Shown: positions 14,726 through 28,169 of the stretch, in pieces
Position numbering within the stretch: position 1 is the stretch's first letter
How the letters are laid out: the number at the start of each line of letters is the position of its first letter
Assembly: GCF_006345805.1 (NCBI RefSeq)
Contig: NC_043002.1
Coordinates: 38,688,001-38,752,000 of the forward strand
Length of the DNA: 64,000 nucleotides
Direction: 5' to 3'
DNA from: Octopus sinensis
Lineage: Eukaryota
Made by a program: the position numbers and the translations under genes
Notes under the pieces: generated by a model
The model's database searches: none
What the model was told of the DNA's origin: nothing
What the model saw: only the letters and a program-made list of their open reading frames with translations

Positions 14726-16355
14726 TATTAACTGAGATGTTATTACCGATGGTACAGTTTTTTTTTAATATTAGTAATGCTTCCTGCAGCGATATTAATG
14801 TTGGTTAGTACTATGATGGTAGAATTTGTTTTTATATTAACGATTGATGTTGTTGTTATTGTTGTTCTGCCACACGTCAACCCTGCCGACAAAGGCAATG
14901 GGTCAAAGGCATTCCTGCCTTCACAATCTCGACTTTTATTATTTTTTCTCGGGAATAATGTATCGACTATAATATACATATGTGTTCGTTTTATTAAGAT
15001 AGTAAAAAGAGAGAGAGAGAGAAAGAGAAATGCGAGCTATTTTTAGCAAGTCTAGCAGCCACATAGGAGCTCCCTCATTGGTTCATTGGCTAAAATGTAT
15101 CTAAAGATGGCGTTGTTTTATTGATATTGATAGTATCAGCAGCGGCAGTGTTAGCAATGGCGGTGTTATTGGGGTTGTTGCTCTTGTTGTTTCTTTTGTT
15201 GTTTACATTGTTGTCTATTGGAAGAATGGTGTTTAGTGGCAATGCTGGAATTGTGATTAGTGAGCTGGGGGAAATATATATGTTTGTAAGGGATGGGGGT
15301 GTTGGAATGTTGTTAGATACAAAACTGGAGATAAACTGTACTTTTAATGTCTGGTGTGATTGCTAGCAATAAACAATTACAGCAGAGGTACTTATCAGTA
15401 AAATATAATAGGAACCGGCGTTGCATGTTGTATTGAAGGAGCTGATAGCCTATCTGATGGTAGAGTGGGCGGGGCGTATTGGTGCTAGTAGAAGTGATGG
15501 CGATAATAATGGTGTGGTCGAAATATTGTGGTGTTAGTTACTTTCATGACCGTGGCGACGGAGATGGAAATAGCGGCTATAACGATGAGAGTGGGGTGGA
15601 GCCACGATGGTACTAGTGATGGTAATGATTGTATGGTGGTGGTGGTGGTGGTTGTGGTGGTGGTGGTGGTGGTGTGTGCCTTCGGTCGTTGTCGTTACGA
15701 GTGCGGATGTTAAGGGCATCAGAATTATCGTGGTGTTTGTGCATATGCTTGTGGTTGAGTTTTACAAAAAAATCGGCCAAATGAGATTATCCTGTCAATT
15801 AGTCGGCAAAAACGCCCGTCAGATAGTATTTACAATTCTTATAGAGCGCCCAAAATTTCTAAAAACTGATTGTATAGGAGTTATCTTTTTTGGCTAAATA
15901 AGTTATTTATTTATTTATTTATTTATTGTTAGGTTTTTAGGTACCTCTAATGGAAGCGCCTATCTACTCATTGTTTTGATAAATTCAATTACTCGGTTTT
16001 TACACTTCACCATATTACCCAGCTCTATTTTTATTTAGCATTTGTGTTTAGTATCAAGAATGATTCCCTCGAGTTGTTTCTTTCAGTCTATCCCACCTCC
16101 CATGTTGAGGCAGGGGACGTAATGGTGGTGGGGTGATGATCCATGAATCTTGGATCTCAAGAGCAGTCGTTATCGGAGTATCACTCTACGACAACGAAAT
16201 AGTTCACCGTTTGTAGTTTAGTTGCTACCGAGAGAAATTTGTCTGGTAATTCCAGCAATCGCAACAACCAATATAAAGACACCCGTTAACACGTCCACTC
16301 CATATTGTTGATGTTGTTGCTGTTAGGTGGCGGTGATGAGCTAGCAAAATCGTTA

Positions 16356-16645
16356 AAAATGTTAAAACTGTATTGGATTACTGGAAGTACCAGAGTGTTA
16401 ATGGCTTCGATACGATATTTGGCGTTGTGTTCAGTTTTTAGTATGAGCCATATTCTCCGATGATACTCCTTTCGTTTTTTTTTCCTTCATTGTAGCACGT
16501 TGTATACCATCTTCTTCGTTTATCCCCAGGTATTTATAGCTTTCTTGTGGGTCAAGCTCCTTGGTGGTAGTGTCGGTATCTAATTTACTGGAAACTCTTG
16601 CCTCTTACAAAAGTTGCTTTAGCACACTTATCAAGGCTAAAATCC
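16356..16645 (-). mobile_element. R4/Dong-type non-LTR retrotransposon RT fragment
   Basis: Own translation: FSLDKCAKATFVRGK / ELDPQESYKYLGINEEDGIQ..MKEK.RKEYHRRIWLILKTEHNAKYRIEAINTLVLPVIQYSF. Confidence 0.85.
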
Positions 16646-18286
16646 ATCATAGGATGTGAGGCCTGGAACAGAATAGGAAGTGACAACAACGACAGTGTGA
16701 AAGGTGACGATGTAAAGATGAAAGCAGGAAGTATTAGAGGATATGATAGGATGTGGAACATTGGCAGTTAGTGCATATAACACAGGCACTGACTGTATTA
16801 TTGATGATTTTGACATATGATTGTAACCAGTGTTGGTAATACTGTTTTTCTGGTTGTTTTGAGTACTGCTGATAGAGTAATTGTCATTGTTGTTGTCTTT
16901 TCGCACACAATTCAGTTTTAGTTAAGCAGGCCTACGGTCAAATGCATTCCAGTATTGTTATATTGATTTAATTGAGAGCGGGTGCAGGACGACATTCTAT
17001 AAGGCGTCCTTCCTGTATTCCTTTTTAAAAGGTAGAGTGATATTAAAGTGACATTTCGGCTGCGAGGTCTAGGAAGTTATGTGACCAAAATGTGACGACA
17101 CTTTTACTTGTTTTTCATTTGTTTGTTTGTTTGTTTATGTGTTTGCTTGTTACTATCGTTGATCACCTGGCAGAATCGATAGCAGGTCGGACAAAATGCA
17201 TATCGGCATTTCGTCCGTCTTTACATCCTCAGTTCGAATTCCACGCAGCTCAATTTAACTTTCCTCTTTTCGAGGTTGATGAAATAAGAATCAATTGAGA
17301 AATGTGGTCGATTACATCGACTAGCTTACGCCTGTCAGCTCTGCTCAAGTAGGACGAATTCATGGAAGTAACGAAATGTCATGCGTGGAGAATTTCCTGA
17401 GGATTAATTCGCGGTGAACCTCCTCATTCAATCTCTTTCCTCATGTTGTTTGAGAAGCCCTAAGCTAATGTTTCTCATTGTGATAGGATGGTGTGACGAT
17501 TGAATAGAAAACAATCAAACTGCCACGCTGAAGAAACCAGAATGTTATGGAAGCAAACTCTGTTTTGTCTTTTTCATAGATAAAAGGATGTGGAAATTTC
17601 ATTAATATCCACGTATAGTAAAGCACCTTCCTTTTTTCCAATTAGCCTAGAACAAGTATTTTTAGAAATTTGGAGCACATATTTGAGAATTTCTTTTAAG
17701 GTCTCTGCTGCAATAAAGTTTGTTCTAACAGAACATCGTTTAGGTGGGAATAAATATTACTTCTTGGTATTAACACTGAATCCGTCGCTGATATATATAA
17801 TTTCAACTAGATAATTGGCTAATCGCGACACCAGGCCCTGTTCTAGTACTGATTGTCTAAACATCGCTAGTGGAGAGATGAGTAGCTGTTATCTCTAGCG
17901 GTCGAGAGTCCATTTCTGAAAAGATCAAGGAAGACCGAAATCACGTGAAATGGTCGTCTCGGCGCTGTAGTTGGTGGTGATTCATCTCCCCGCTGACGAT
18001 ATGAACAAAGGAGCGTGGATTCTGCACTATAAGCCTATACGATGGCTTCTCTCATGGTATCTACCGCAATAAAGTTTGTTCCAACAGAACATCTACATTT
18101 AAGTATACATGTGTGTGTGTGTTTGTGTATGTGTTTGTGTGTGTTTCTGTGTGTGAGTATCCTACATATGTTTTTTTTTTTACTTATATTCTCTTATTTT
18201 CATTTACACTTCTTATTTCCATCATTTTCCAACATAACTCCTTATAGTAAACTTTAATATTTCCATCTATTTAACCATTTCACATC

Positions 18287-18334
18287 GTCTCTGATGAAGG
18301 GATATCACTAATATCCCAGAAACAGCTGTAAGAC
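18287..18334 (+). ncRNA. Canonical-core type I hammerhead motif (solo, PLE-terminus-like context)
   Basis: GTCT-CTGATGA-A.GGGATAT(CACTA)ATATCCC.A-GAAA-CAGCTG-TA-AGAC; stem III is the palindrome ACAGCTGT; GUA triplet. Confidence 0.8.
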
Positions 18335-18479
18335 TAACTTTCTCTTTATAAATGTCCTGAAAATTCCACGCAGCTTTGGCAGTGTTGTCTCATTTTATTT
18401 AATGTAACACACACACACACACACACACACACAACACACACACACACACACTACATACATACATACATACATACATACA

Positions 18480-18514
<35 letters not shown>

Positions 18515-20170
18515 TACGGAGATGTACTTGCATAGCAAATGACCTGATCTGAAATCGTGTGCTGAAACAAAAATAATTGAAGCGTGGAAGATGTTTTAGA
18601 AACCATTTAAAACTCACAAAACCGTTAGATTCACTTCAGCATCATAATGTAATTTGTCAAAATATTTTCGTCAATTTGAAACCGCAAGCTGTTCACTGAC
18701 AAAATTTCGTGCTGCGCGAAATTTTGTCAGTGAACAGGTCGCGGTTTCAAATCGACGAAAATATTTTGACAAATTATATTTAAATGTTGAAGTGAATCTA
18801 ACGGATTTTGTGTTTTTAAATGGCTTGGAGTTAAACGCAGATGTTATTCAAATTCTTTTACTTCCGACATATATTTCGAAGACATTTATAGTATTACAAA
18901 GGAATAAAATGGTGTAAAACACTGTAATCTTCTCTTCAAAGAAAGAAAGAAACCAAACTCATCAATAAGACATTTTAACAGAATGTGATGGATGTGTATA
19001 ATGATGAACGAACGCTATTAAGTTTTTTTGAACAATCCGTCAAAGATAGCTTATAGAAAGAGGAGGGGTAAAGGAAAGAAATAAGCAGAAAACTAATGAA
19101 TGAGAAATAAAGAGTGATATGTGAATTAAATAAAAGCTTAAAAGCTTGGAAAAAGATAAGTCTAGTGGAAGTGAAATGTAAGAAGAAAATCAATGTTCAA
19201 ATTATATAAAGTGGTCACTTATATGAACTAAAGGTATGTTTCTGCCAAAGTTTACATCGATAAGCACGCTCCTGTTTACAAGGGGATTCTTAAAAAAAGA
19301 ATAGAAAATAGTTCAGTATTACAGAGTTTGCAGAATTCTTTGCCTTTATCAATGTGGGAATGAAATGGAGAGAATCAACCAATCTAAATTAAACTGTTTA
19401 TTATAGTCTTTTAGATACCAAATTAATTTACTAAGCCCTGTACTGTTGCGTTTATTACTATCCCTAAATGTAGAGTAATGATTAGAAATTTAGTTTAGAT
19501 AACTGCGAAGAACTACCTATATAAAAAGGACATCGGTACCTGAAGTAATTTTACACTGGTATATAAAGTTTTTATCTTAGAATTACTAGGCATAAACTTA
19601 ATTCTGTTGGAATTGACTTCAGTGACAATAACCTTGTCATTAATATTTCTAGGGGTATGGTTGGTATTAGCTAAATTAATATTAGTATTAGTAATTGGAT
19701 TCTTATATAAAAGTCTAATATGATGTGTGGAGATAATTTGTGAGAGATTTTTTTGCGTTAGAAAAACCGATCCTAATCGTGTACGAGTTGATAATAGAGT
19801 AATACCTACAATTCTTTGGAAAATTCCTAATAATACCTTCCGTAAACTGGAAAGGAAGATTAGATTTAATTTGCCTCCCATAAGGAATAATCAACCAAAT
19901 AGTTTGCTATTAGGTGCTTTATTTTTAGTGTAATTATCCATAAAAGAAATCGATTTACCTTTAGAATGAAAAAAGGGGGTTAAATAACTTCATTTATTTA
20001 TCTATATATTATACAAAATATTTCACATCAACCCGGAGTTTCTACCTTCACAAATAGGTTGTTAGGTCCTTATTACTTGTGTGATTTTTTGCTGCCCTGG
20101 TAACTCTTTATCTATTTTTTCCGAGTTAATTGTAAACAAGGGGAAAATACACACATCCATTTATATATAT

Positions 20171-20579
20171 GGCGCAGGAGTGGCTGTGTGGTAAGTAGCT
20201 TGCTAACCAACCACATGGTTCCGGGTTCAGTCCCACTGCGTGGCATCTTGGGCAAGTGTCTTCTGCTATAGCCCCGGGCCGACCAATGCCTTGTGAGTGG
20301 ATTTGGTAGACGGAAACTGAAAGAAGCCTGTCATATATATGTATATATATAGATATATGTGTATGTGTTTGTGTGTCTGTGTTTGCCCCCCCCCAACATT
20401 GCTTGACAACCGATGCTGGTGTGTTTACGTCCCGTCACTTAGCGGTTCGGCAAAAGAGACCGATAGAATAAGTACTGGGCTTACAAAGAATAAGTCCCGG
20501 GGTCGATTTGCTCGACTAAAGGCGGTGCTCCAGCATGGCCGCAGTCAAATAACTGAAACAAGTAAAAGAGTAAAAAGAG
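20171..20579 (+). mobile_element. tRNA-derived SINE, family A (head, conserved core, internal TA/TG microsatellite, GAGTAAAA tail)
   Basis: GGCGCAGGAGTGGCTGTGTGGTAAG..GGTTCAGTCCC box-like head; core CTATAGCCCCGGGCCGACC..GTGGATTTGGTAGACGGAAACTGAAAGAAGCC (MetaSINE-like from memory); many copies in the window. Confidence 0.9.
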
Positions 20580-20851
20580 TATATACTATCAAAGTTGATA
20601 TTTCTTACTTTGGAAGTCATTGCATTAGTTCCAAATTTAGACATTTCATGCTGCTCATAATTATGATGTCAAGGATAGTGCCAATATTAACAATTCCAGA
20701 ACATGTAATACTTGTAGTGGTGGTATGCAGATATGTGCAGTTCTAGTTTGTCCTCATTGTAACGATCTACGAAAATGATGTCCAGATTATAACCATTCCG
20801 TCACATTGTTCCTTTGTTTTTACTTTTCTTTTTCTTATTGCTTTCATATAT

Positions 20852-21242
20852 TCTTTTACCCTTTTATTTGTTTCAGTCATTTGACTGCAGCCATGCTAGA
20901 GGACCGCCTTTAGTCGAACATAAGAGACCCCAGGACTTATTATTTGTACTTATCCTATCAGTCTCTTTTGCGGAAACGCTAAGTTACGGGGACGTAAACA
21001 TACCAGCATCGGTTGTTAAGCGATTGTGGGGAGACAAATACAGACACACAAACTTACACACACACACACATATATATATACGAGAGGCTTCTTTCAGTTT
21101 CCGTCTACCAAATCCACTCACAAGGCTTTGGTCGGCCCGAGGGTATAGTAGAAGACACTTGCCCAAGGTGCCACGCAGTGGAACTGAACTCGGTACCATG
21201 TGGTTGGTAACCAAGCTACTTACCAGACAGCCATTGCTGCGC
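20852..21242 (-). mobile_element. SINE family A, inverted relative to 20171-20579
   Basis: Reverse-complement similarity across head, core and tail. Confidence 0.9.
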
Positions 21243-22037
21243 TAGGACTACACTTTATCCCTCTTTTAAAACTGTACGACCGGTTTTATTTTAGTAATTG
21301 ATACTGTAAATATAGTAGTGCATCGTCTAACTTGCAGTTTTTTGAAATTTTATTCATTTGCTTCAAGAAGGACGAGTACACTTCAAGGAAACCGTGTGAG
21401 AGCGCACGGAGACTTCCTTGTTGGCTCGCGATAGAAATGTTAGCAGCGAATAAATGTATTTATTTATGATCGGCTCGGGAGAAAAATATAACATCACCTA
21501 TAGAGTATCTATAGCAACAGGTTTTTGAACATAATTGCATTGAGTGGTTGCTTCATGCTTTACCGTTTCAACAGCTACTACGAATACTGAAATAGGAAGG
21601 CTGCATAAACTGCTGGTACTAGAAATGATAGAAGCACAGTTCGTGTTTATCTGATGACAATAAAGATAGCGCATAAACAGCAGTAGTAACAGTGAGAAAG
21701 ATGAAGGTATTAATAGTGCTTCAAATGGGACAATCCTTTAGCTAGAAAACGCAACAAAATTTTCGTCCAGTTATACCATAGCAATTTGAAAAAAAAAGAG
21801 AGACATATACTGGATAATATATTTCTAGATAATCCCCAAGGAGGTCAAAAAGAGAGAATGGTCACAGGTGAAATTTTTTTCATTATACACCTATCTGTTT
21901 CATGGGGTCTGTTCTAAGGATAAACCGTAAACGAATAACAACAGACTGATAAAAGAAACTCTATTTTGGCTTTCGACCTGGTGGAAGTAGTAGCAAAATT
22001 TCCCTCGAGCTATAGAACATAGTTGTCTTAAACGATG

Positions 22038-22459
22038 GGAGTGGCTGTGTGGTAAGTAGCTTGCTTACGAACCACATGGTTCCGGGTTCACTCCCACTGC
22101 GTGGCACCTTGGGCTAGTGTCTTCTACTATAGACTCGGGCCGACCAAAGCCTTGTGAGTGGATTTGGTTGACGGAAACTGAAAGAAGCCCGTCGTATATA
22201 TGTATATGTATATATATATATATGTATATATGTATGTGTGTGTATATGTTTGTGGGTCTGTGTTTGTCCCCCCAACATCGCTTCACAACCGATGCTGGTG
22301 TGTTTAGGTACCCGTAACTTAGCAGTTCGGCAAAGGAGAACCGATAGAATAAGTACTAGGCTTACAAAGAATAAGTTCTAGGGTCGATTGGCTCGGCTAA
22401 ATGCGGTGCTCCAGCATGACCACAGTCAAATGACTGAAACAAGTAGAAGAGTAAAGAGT
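22038..22459 (+). mobile_element. SINE family A
   Basis: Full-length similarity to 20171-20579. Confidence 0.9.
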
Positions 22460-22476
22460 ATATACACATATATTAC

Positions 22477-22679
22477 GAAGAAGAAGTTTGGATAATACTT
22501 TATTAGCGTTTTCGTCCGTTCAATCGAACTCTTCAAGATATAATGCGCAGAAAATTCATTCCGCCTTATATATAAATCGAAAACATTCTCTTTTAGATTT
22601 ATATATAAGGCTAAAGAAATTTTCTAAAGAGTTCAATTGAACGGACGAAAGCGCTAATAAAAAGTTATCCAAAATTCTT
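22477..22679. repeat. ~200-bp fold-back (nested inverted repeats) with a hammerhead-like motif in each outer arm
   Basis: 22477-22536 mirrors 22624-22679; 22563-22580 mirrors 22594-22611. Confidence 0.8.
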
Positions 22680-22755
22680 ACTGCCTCCCTCCTCATATAC
22701 ATTATCTATACACTACTTCAAACACTACACTAACACACACACACACACACATACA

Positions 22756-22787
<32 letters not shown>

Positions 22788-22813
22788 CATATACATATAT
22801 ATATATATATATT

Positions 22814-22869
<56 letters not shown>

Positions 22870-23407
22870 AATATATGTACGTATACATACGCAAACACAC
22901 GCTAAAATTAATCCACTAGTTTTATGTCAGAAGGGCTGAATATAAAATAAACGTGTTTTAACTATGGTATCTACTGTTCGAAATATGGTTTTAAAATGTG
23001 CTTACTAATACATATACCTATGTGTGTGTGTGCGTATGCGTGTGAATATGCATGAACGTGTGTACAAATTTTATATAAATTACTATCGCTTTCACACTTC
23101 TCTCCCTGACTCTCACTATATATCTTACCCCTCTTTCCCATTGGGTAAGCAGAAAGTGCTAAAAAGTGATCATACCCGCACCTACCGCACTAATCCTTCC
23201 AGCAATAATCTCTAGACACAAGAAGAAGTCTTATTTAGAGATAACCAACAATACCAACGAGAAAACAAAATATATGTTTGTTATATGCGCAACTATCACA
23301 AAACATAAAAATTCTTTATAAGATTGTACATTCTCATTTTTATATCTAATGATTGGTTTCATAAAAGAATATATATTCGTTTATTCTCTTATTCTTTTAC
23401 TTGTATA

Positions 23408-23678
23408 CAGTGGACTTGCGGTCGAGGGATCGCGGGTTTGAATCTCAGACCGGACGATGTGTGTGTTTATGAACGAAACACGTAAGCTCCACGCGTCTCC
23501 GGCACAAGGTGATGGCGAACTTCTGCTGACTCTTTTGCCACTATTTTCTCTCACTCTTTCTTCCTGTATCTAGCAGCTCACCTGCGACGGACCGGCGTCC
23601 CGTCCAGGTGGGGAACCTATACGCCAAGGAAACCGAGGAACCTTATGAGCCAGGTGTGGCTCGAGAAGGAACAAACAA
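23408..23678 (+). mobile_element. tRNA-derived SINE family C (head also at 9075-9203, minus strand)
   Basis: GGTCGAGGGATCGCGGGTTTGAATCTC B-box-like motif, AAGCTCCACGCGTC shared with the 9075-9203 copy, CCTGCGACGGACCGGCGTCCCGTCCAGG body. Confidence 0.7.
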
Positions 23679-23692
23679 TATATATATATATT

Positions 23693-24017
23693 CTTTTATT
23701 CTTCTACTTATTTCTGTCATTTGACTGCAGCCATGCTAGAGCACTGCCTTAAGAGTTTTAGTCTTTGTAAGCCTAGTATTTTTTCTATCGGTGTCGTATG
23801 CTGAACCCCTACGTTACGGGAACATAAACACACCGACATCGGTTGTCAAGCGATAGTGTGGGAACAAACACAGACACACAAACACACATAAATATATGCA
23901 TGTATATATACACGGGCTTCTTTCCGTTTCCGTCTACCAAGTCCATGCACAAGGCTCTGGCTTACCTGAGGCTATAGTAGAAGACTTTGCCCAAGGTGCC
24001 ATGCAATGGGACTAAAC
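23693..24017 (-). mobile_element. SINE family A, head truncated
   Basis: Reverse-complement similarity to core and tail. Confidence 0.8.
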
Positions 24018-24052
24018 TCGCAACCATACCGCACAGCCACGCCATATCTAGG

Positions 24053-24093
<41 letters not shown>

Positions 24094-24983
24094 CGGGGAG
24101 AGTGAGCGACAGACAGACACACAAACACACTCACACGCACGCACAAACTCACACGCACACGCACAAACACGGCGAGAGAGAGAGAGAGAGAGAGGAGTCG
24201 GAGATTGATACAAATATACATCAACAAAGATGTCCGACTTATTTATATAGAATGATTGCAACGAATATAAAAACTAAAAACCGCAAGATGTAATATATGT
24301 ACGCGTTTGTACATTTGTGCGTACGTATATATCTGTACACGTATATGTATACGTAAACATATGCACACAGATATATAGACATACATAATAAAGAGAAATG
24401 TATAAACTTGTTTAGATAGTTGTCTGTTGTGTGAGTGTAGATATCCATTTGCTTCTATCGGTTCATCTATCAATCTAAGTAATTGTAAATCGTGTGTTTG
24501 GTTATGTTCTTTATATTTTCCGTCCTCTCATTGTTCCACTATCTCTGCATTAACTTCATTTCCTTCTATATCTTTCTCTATTTCAGGCGCCCTTTCTTTC
24601 TCTCCCTGTCTCTCTCTCTCTTTCTGTTTTCCTTTCTCTCGCTCTCTTTATAAATATACATATGTGTGCTATACACATATAAGTACACACATAGATACGT
24701 ACGTACTTAATACATACACACATATATACACGCATACATGCATACAGACAGACAGACAGACATAGACACATACGTAGATATATGTATGCGTGCGTGTATA
24801 GTAACAAACATACCTATAAACATAAACTTACCTACGTTAACATACATACATCAATACATATATACATACATAAATACATACATAAATACATATACACATA
24901 CATACACATACATACATACATGCATACATACATACATACATACATACATACATAAATACATACATACATACATACATACATAC

Positions 24984-25014
<31 letters not shown>

Positions 25015-25433
25015 CAAACATAAAAATTTAGGCAGAAATATTATAGATTCAGTAATTGATATTTAATGAAAGCCATTGCGAAACCTCAAAGAGGCCAATC
25101 CATCAGAACTTTAAAAACGAGGTTATTCTCTTCTCCATAACAAAAAGATTACTTCGCTGAAAATCATAGGAAATAAGCAAAGCGGGAGCAACTTTACATA
25201 TATTGATGTACACTGACATACATACAAACACATAGACACACACACATACGCAGATGCACACACAAAAATAAGATGTATTCATTCATAAATATACATAGTC
25301 TCTAGACGGTACACAATGTCACCTTTATTCGGACTAACATTCTAAATGACGCAACTTTATTCATACGCATGCACAGCACGTAGCACAAACATACATACAT
25401 ACATATATATATATGCATGTATGTATATGTATG

Positions 25434-25481
<48 letters not shown>

Positions 25482-25607
25482 TATATGCATACATATATAT
25501 ATACTTATGTATGTATATATGAATATATAAATGTATATATGTATGTATGAATGCAGAATGTATGTATTTATCAATAACTATATATGTATATATATATATA
25601 TATATAT

Positions 25608-25662
<55 letters not shown>

Positions 25663-27381
25663 ATACACACACACACATACATACATATGAGAGTATAAAA
25701 TATTTTTATATACCGATAGGAGACTCTGACAGTGTGTGCTTATCTGTGTATATATAGTGATATCCATGAGAAATTCTATTACTTAAACGTAAGTGCGCTC
25801 GCATTCGTGCATTCATTGGTGCATAGAAAACATCATGCGCATTCATTAACAAAAATACTACGTATATAATAATAGCCATCTTCTTTTACTTCATACAAAT
25901 ATATACACATAGCTACTTGCATACATTACTACGTGTTCTGACATTCATAAATTAGATGCACATCTACACACGCCTATATGTTTGTGTGTGTGTGTGTTAT
26001 CGTCTTTACATACACATGTTTTTTATCATGTTACATACTCAAACCGCATTTACGTAGATGCACACATATTTGTCTTGCACAAACTGCACACATACACATA
26101 GATACGTTTACATAATTCCATCAGATACGAATATATACACACATAAGTGTCTTGATAAACATACAAACAAACAAAAGCACATGAAAGTACGTAAATATAG
26201 GATCTCGTAGAATAGTTGCGAAAGAATTGTGAAATGAAGAGCAAATATTAAATACTTCTAAAAGATTAAGGAAATGGCTTGGTTGTTAAGATTTTTATTG
26301 CAAACACTGCTGGACTCTAGTAACCGTTTCTGTTCTGCTGCTTCTAATCGATAATACAAACAATGATTATCAAATTAAAGCAAATATTCTCAAACTTAAT
26401 TTGAAATTGAAACTATTCCGTCTCGAAATTTGACTGTATAAACGCATGAAGACACATGACCCAATCTTGAGGGTGTTAAATTCATCATTATATATAATTG
26501 TGTGTTCAATTTCTGAACCGAGCAGCGTTAAGTCCTTGAATCCATTTCATTTATAATTACTTCTGTTCTATACGGCTGTGATGGATACAAAACTGGATCA
26601 CACAGTAGTCCTCTTTTCATCCAACCTTTACATCCTGAATAGCCTGTCGGAATAATGTGCTTTACATGAGAGTGGATGAAGGTTAAATCAATATCTGTAG
26701 TACGAGAACAGAGCTAAGTGTCCCTTCCAGTTTCGGTTTATTTCAAAATTTGCCAAGCAAGGACATAATTTTCGTTGTATAACATTTAATATTGCCCAGT
26801 GGATTTTGCAACTTCAGACACAGATTTCTGAAAAGCTACTTATACTGAAGAAGTCCTCTGTATTTCTCCACAAACATTCTGGGGTAATTTCTAATTGGAC
26901 TCACATATGAGCATCTTGGATGAATTTTTATAAAGTACTGTCAAAAATAACGTAATTTAAAATCTGCTGTATTACCGATAGTTATTCTCAGATAACGGAG
27001 AACACTTACATTCTTGGTGAGATTTTATAATCTGACAGCAACATGCAGGAATTTCGCTAGCTGGATGCAAAAGAATTTCTTTGGTGAGGGGTAGCTAGTA
27101 TTATAGGAACCAAATTTATCAACGATCAGTAAGGACCTGCCGCTGTAGCCAAACGTGAGTAAGGCTTCAATTAGAGCTTTAAATTGGCTTGATGGGTCTT
27201 TAACGTGGCTTGGTGGGTCTTCATCTCACGTACGACATAATGCCAAAGGTCTCGGTCATTGCTTCTGTGAGACCCAAACACTTGAAAGGTGCTTTTTACG
27301 GTTACGTAACATCAGAATCAGCCACGACTACGATTATATATATATATATGTGTGTATATGTATATACATATATATACACAG

Positions 27382-27437
<56 letters not shown>

Positions 27438-27554
27438 ATGTATATATATATATTTACATATATATTACAGACATACATACTTACATAATACATACATACA
27501 TATATACACACACATACAAATATATAAACACCGAGAGAGAACATGGATAGATAT

Positions 27555-27589
<35 letters not shown>

Positions 27590-28169
27590 TGCTTCACTAA
27601 ATCTGACCGCTGGTTCTAAATGAAGACAAGGAAAATAACTGAAATATATTAATTATACATCTACAATCTATTCCTGTTTTCATTTAGCTAATCATTATAT
27701 AACCAGGAACAAATGTCATCTATTTTAAACCTCGTTCCAGTTTATAGACCATACATTGCTTGAGAGAATATATAAACTGACGCGGCGACATAATATACCA
27801 GTGCACAACCCTATTCTCTGCCGATTCAGAGAACAGCGTTGCTCATGTGGGCAGTAAGTTGCTATTCGAAATATATTAAAATGATACCCATAATAATACG
27901 CAGCTCGACTTTTGGCTTGTAAAGTTACACTGAAGAAAAGAAAATATATTCTTTTCTCATTCTCCACACACTCACACATACAAACACATAAACACGCTAC
28001 CTTAGTGCACATATAAACATGCATACGCACTTAAACATCAAAGGGCATGCGTATATATTTTGTGTGATACGTCAGCACATATGTGTGTGTATATATATAT
28101 ATAATATATATATATAATATATATATATATTATATATTATTATTATTATTATTATTAATATTTTTATTA

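Noticed and set aside
19513-19933. NUMT (cox2/atp6/nad5-like) call
   Set aside because: VDNRVIP superficially recalls cox2 and TRLGSVF nad5, but neither frame aligns with those proteins beyond a few residues; kept only as an unexplained island.
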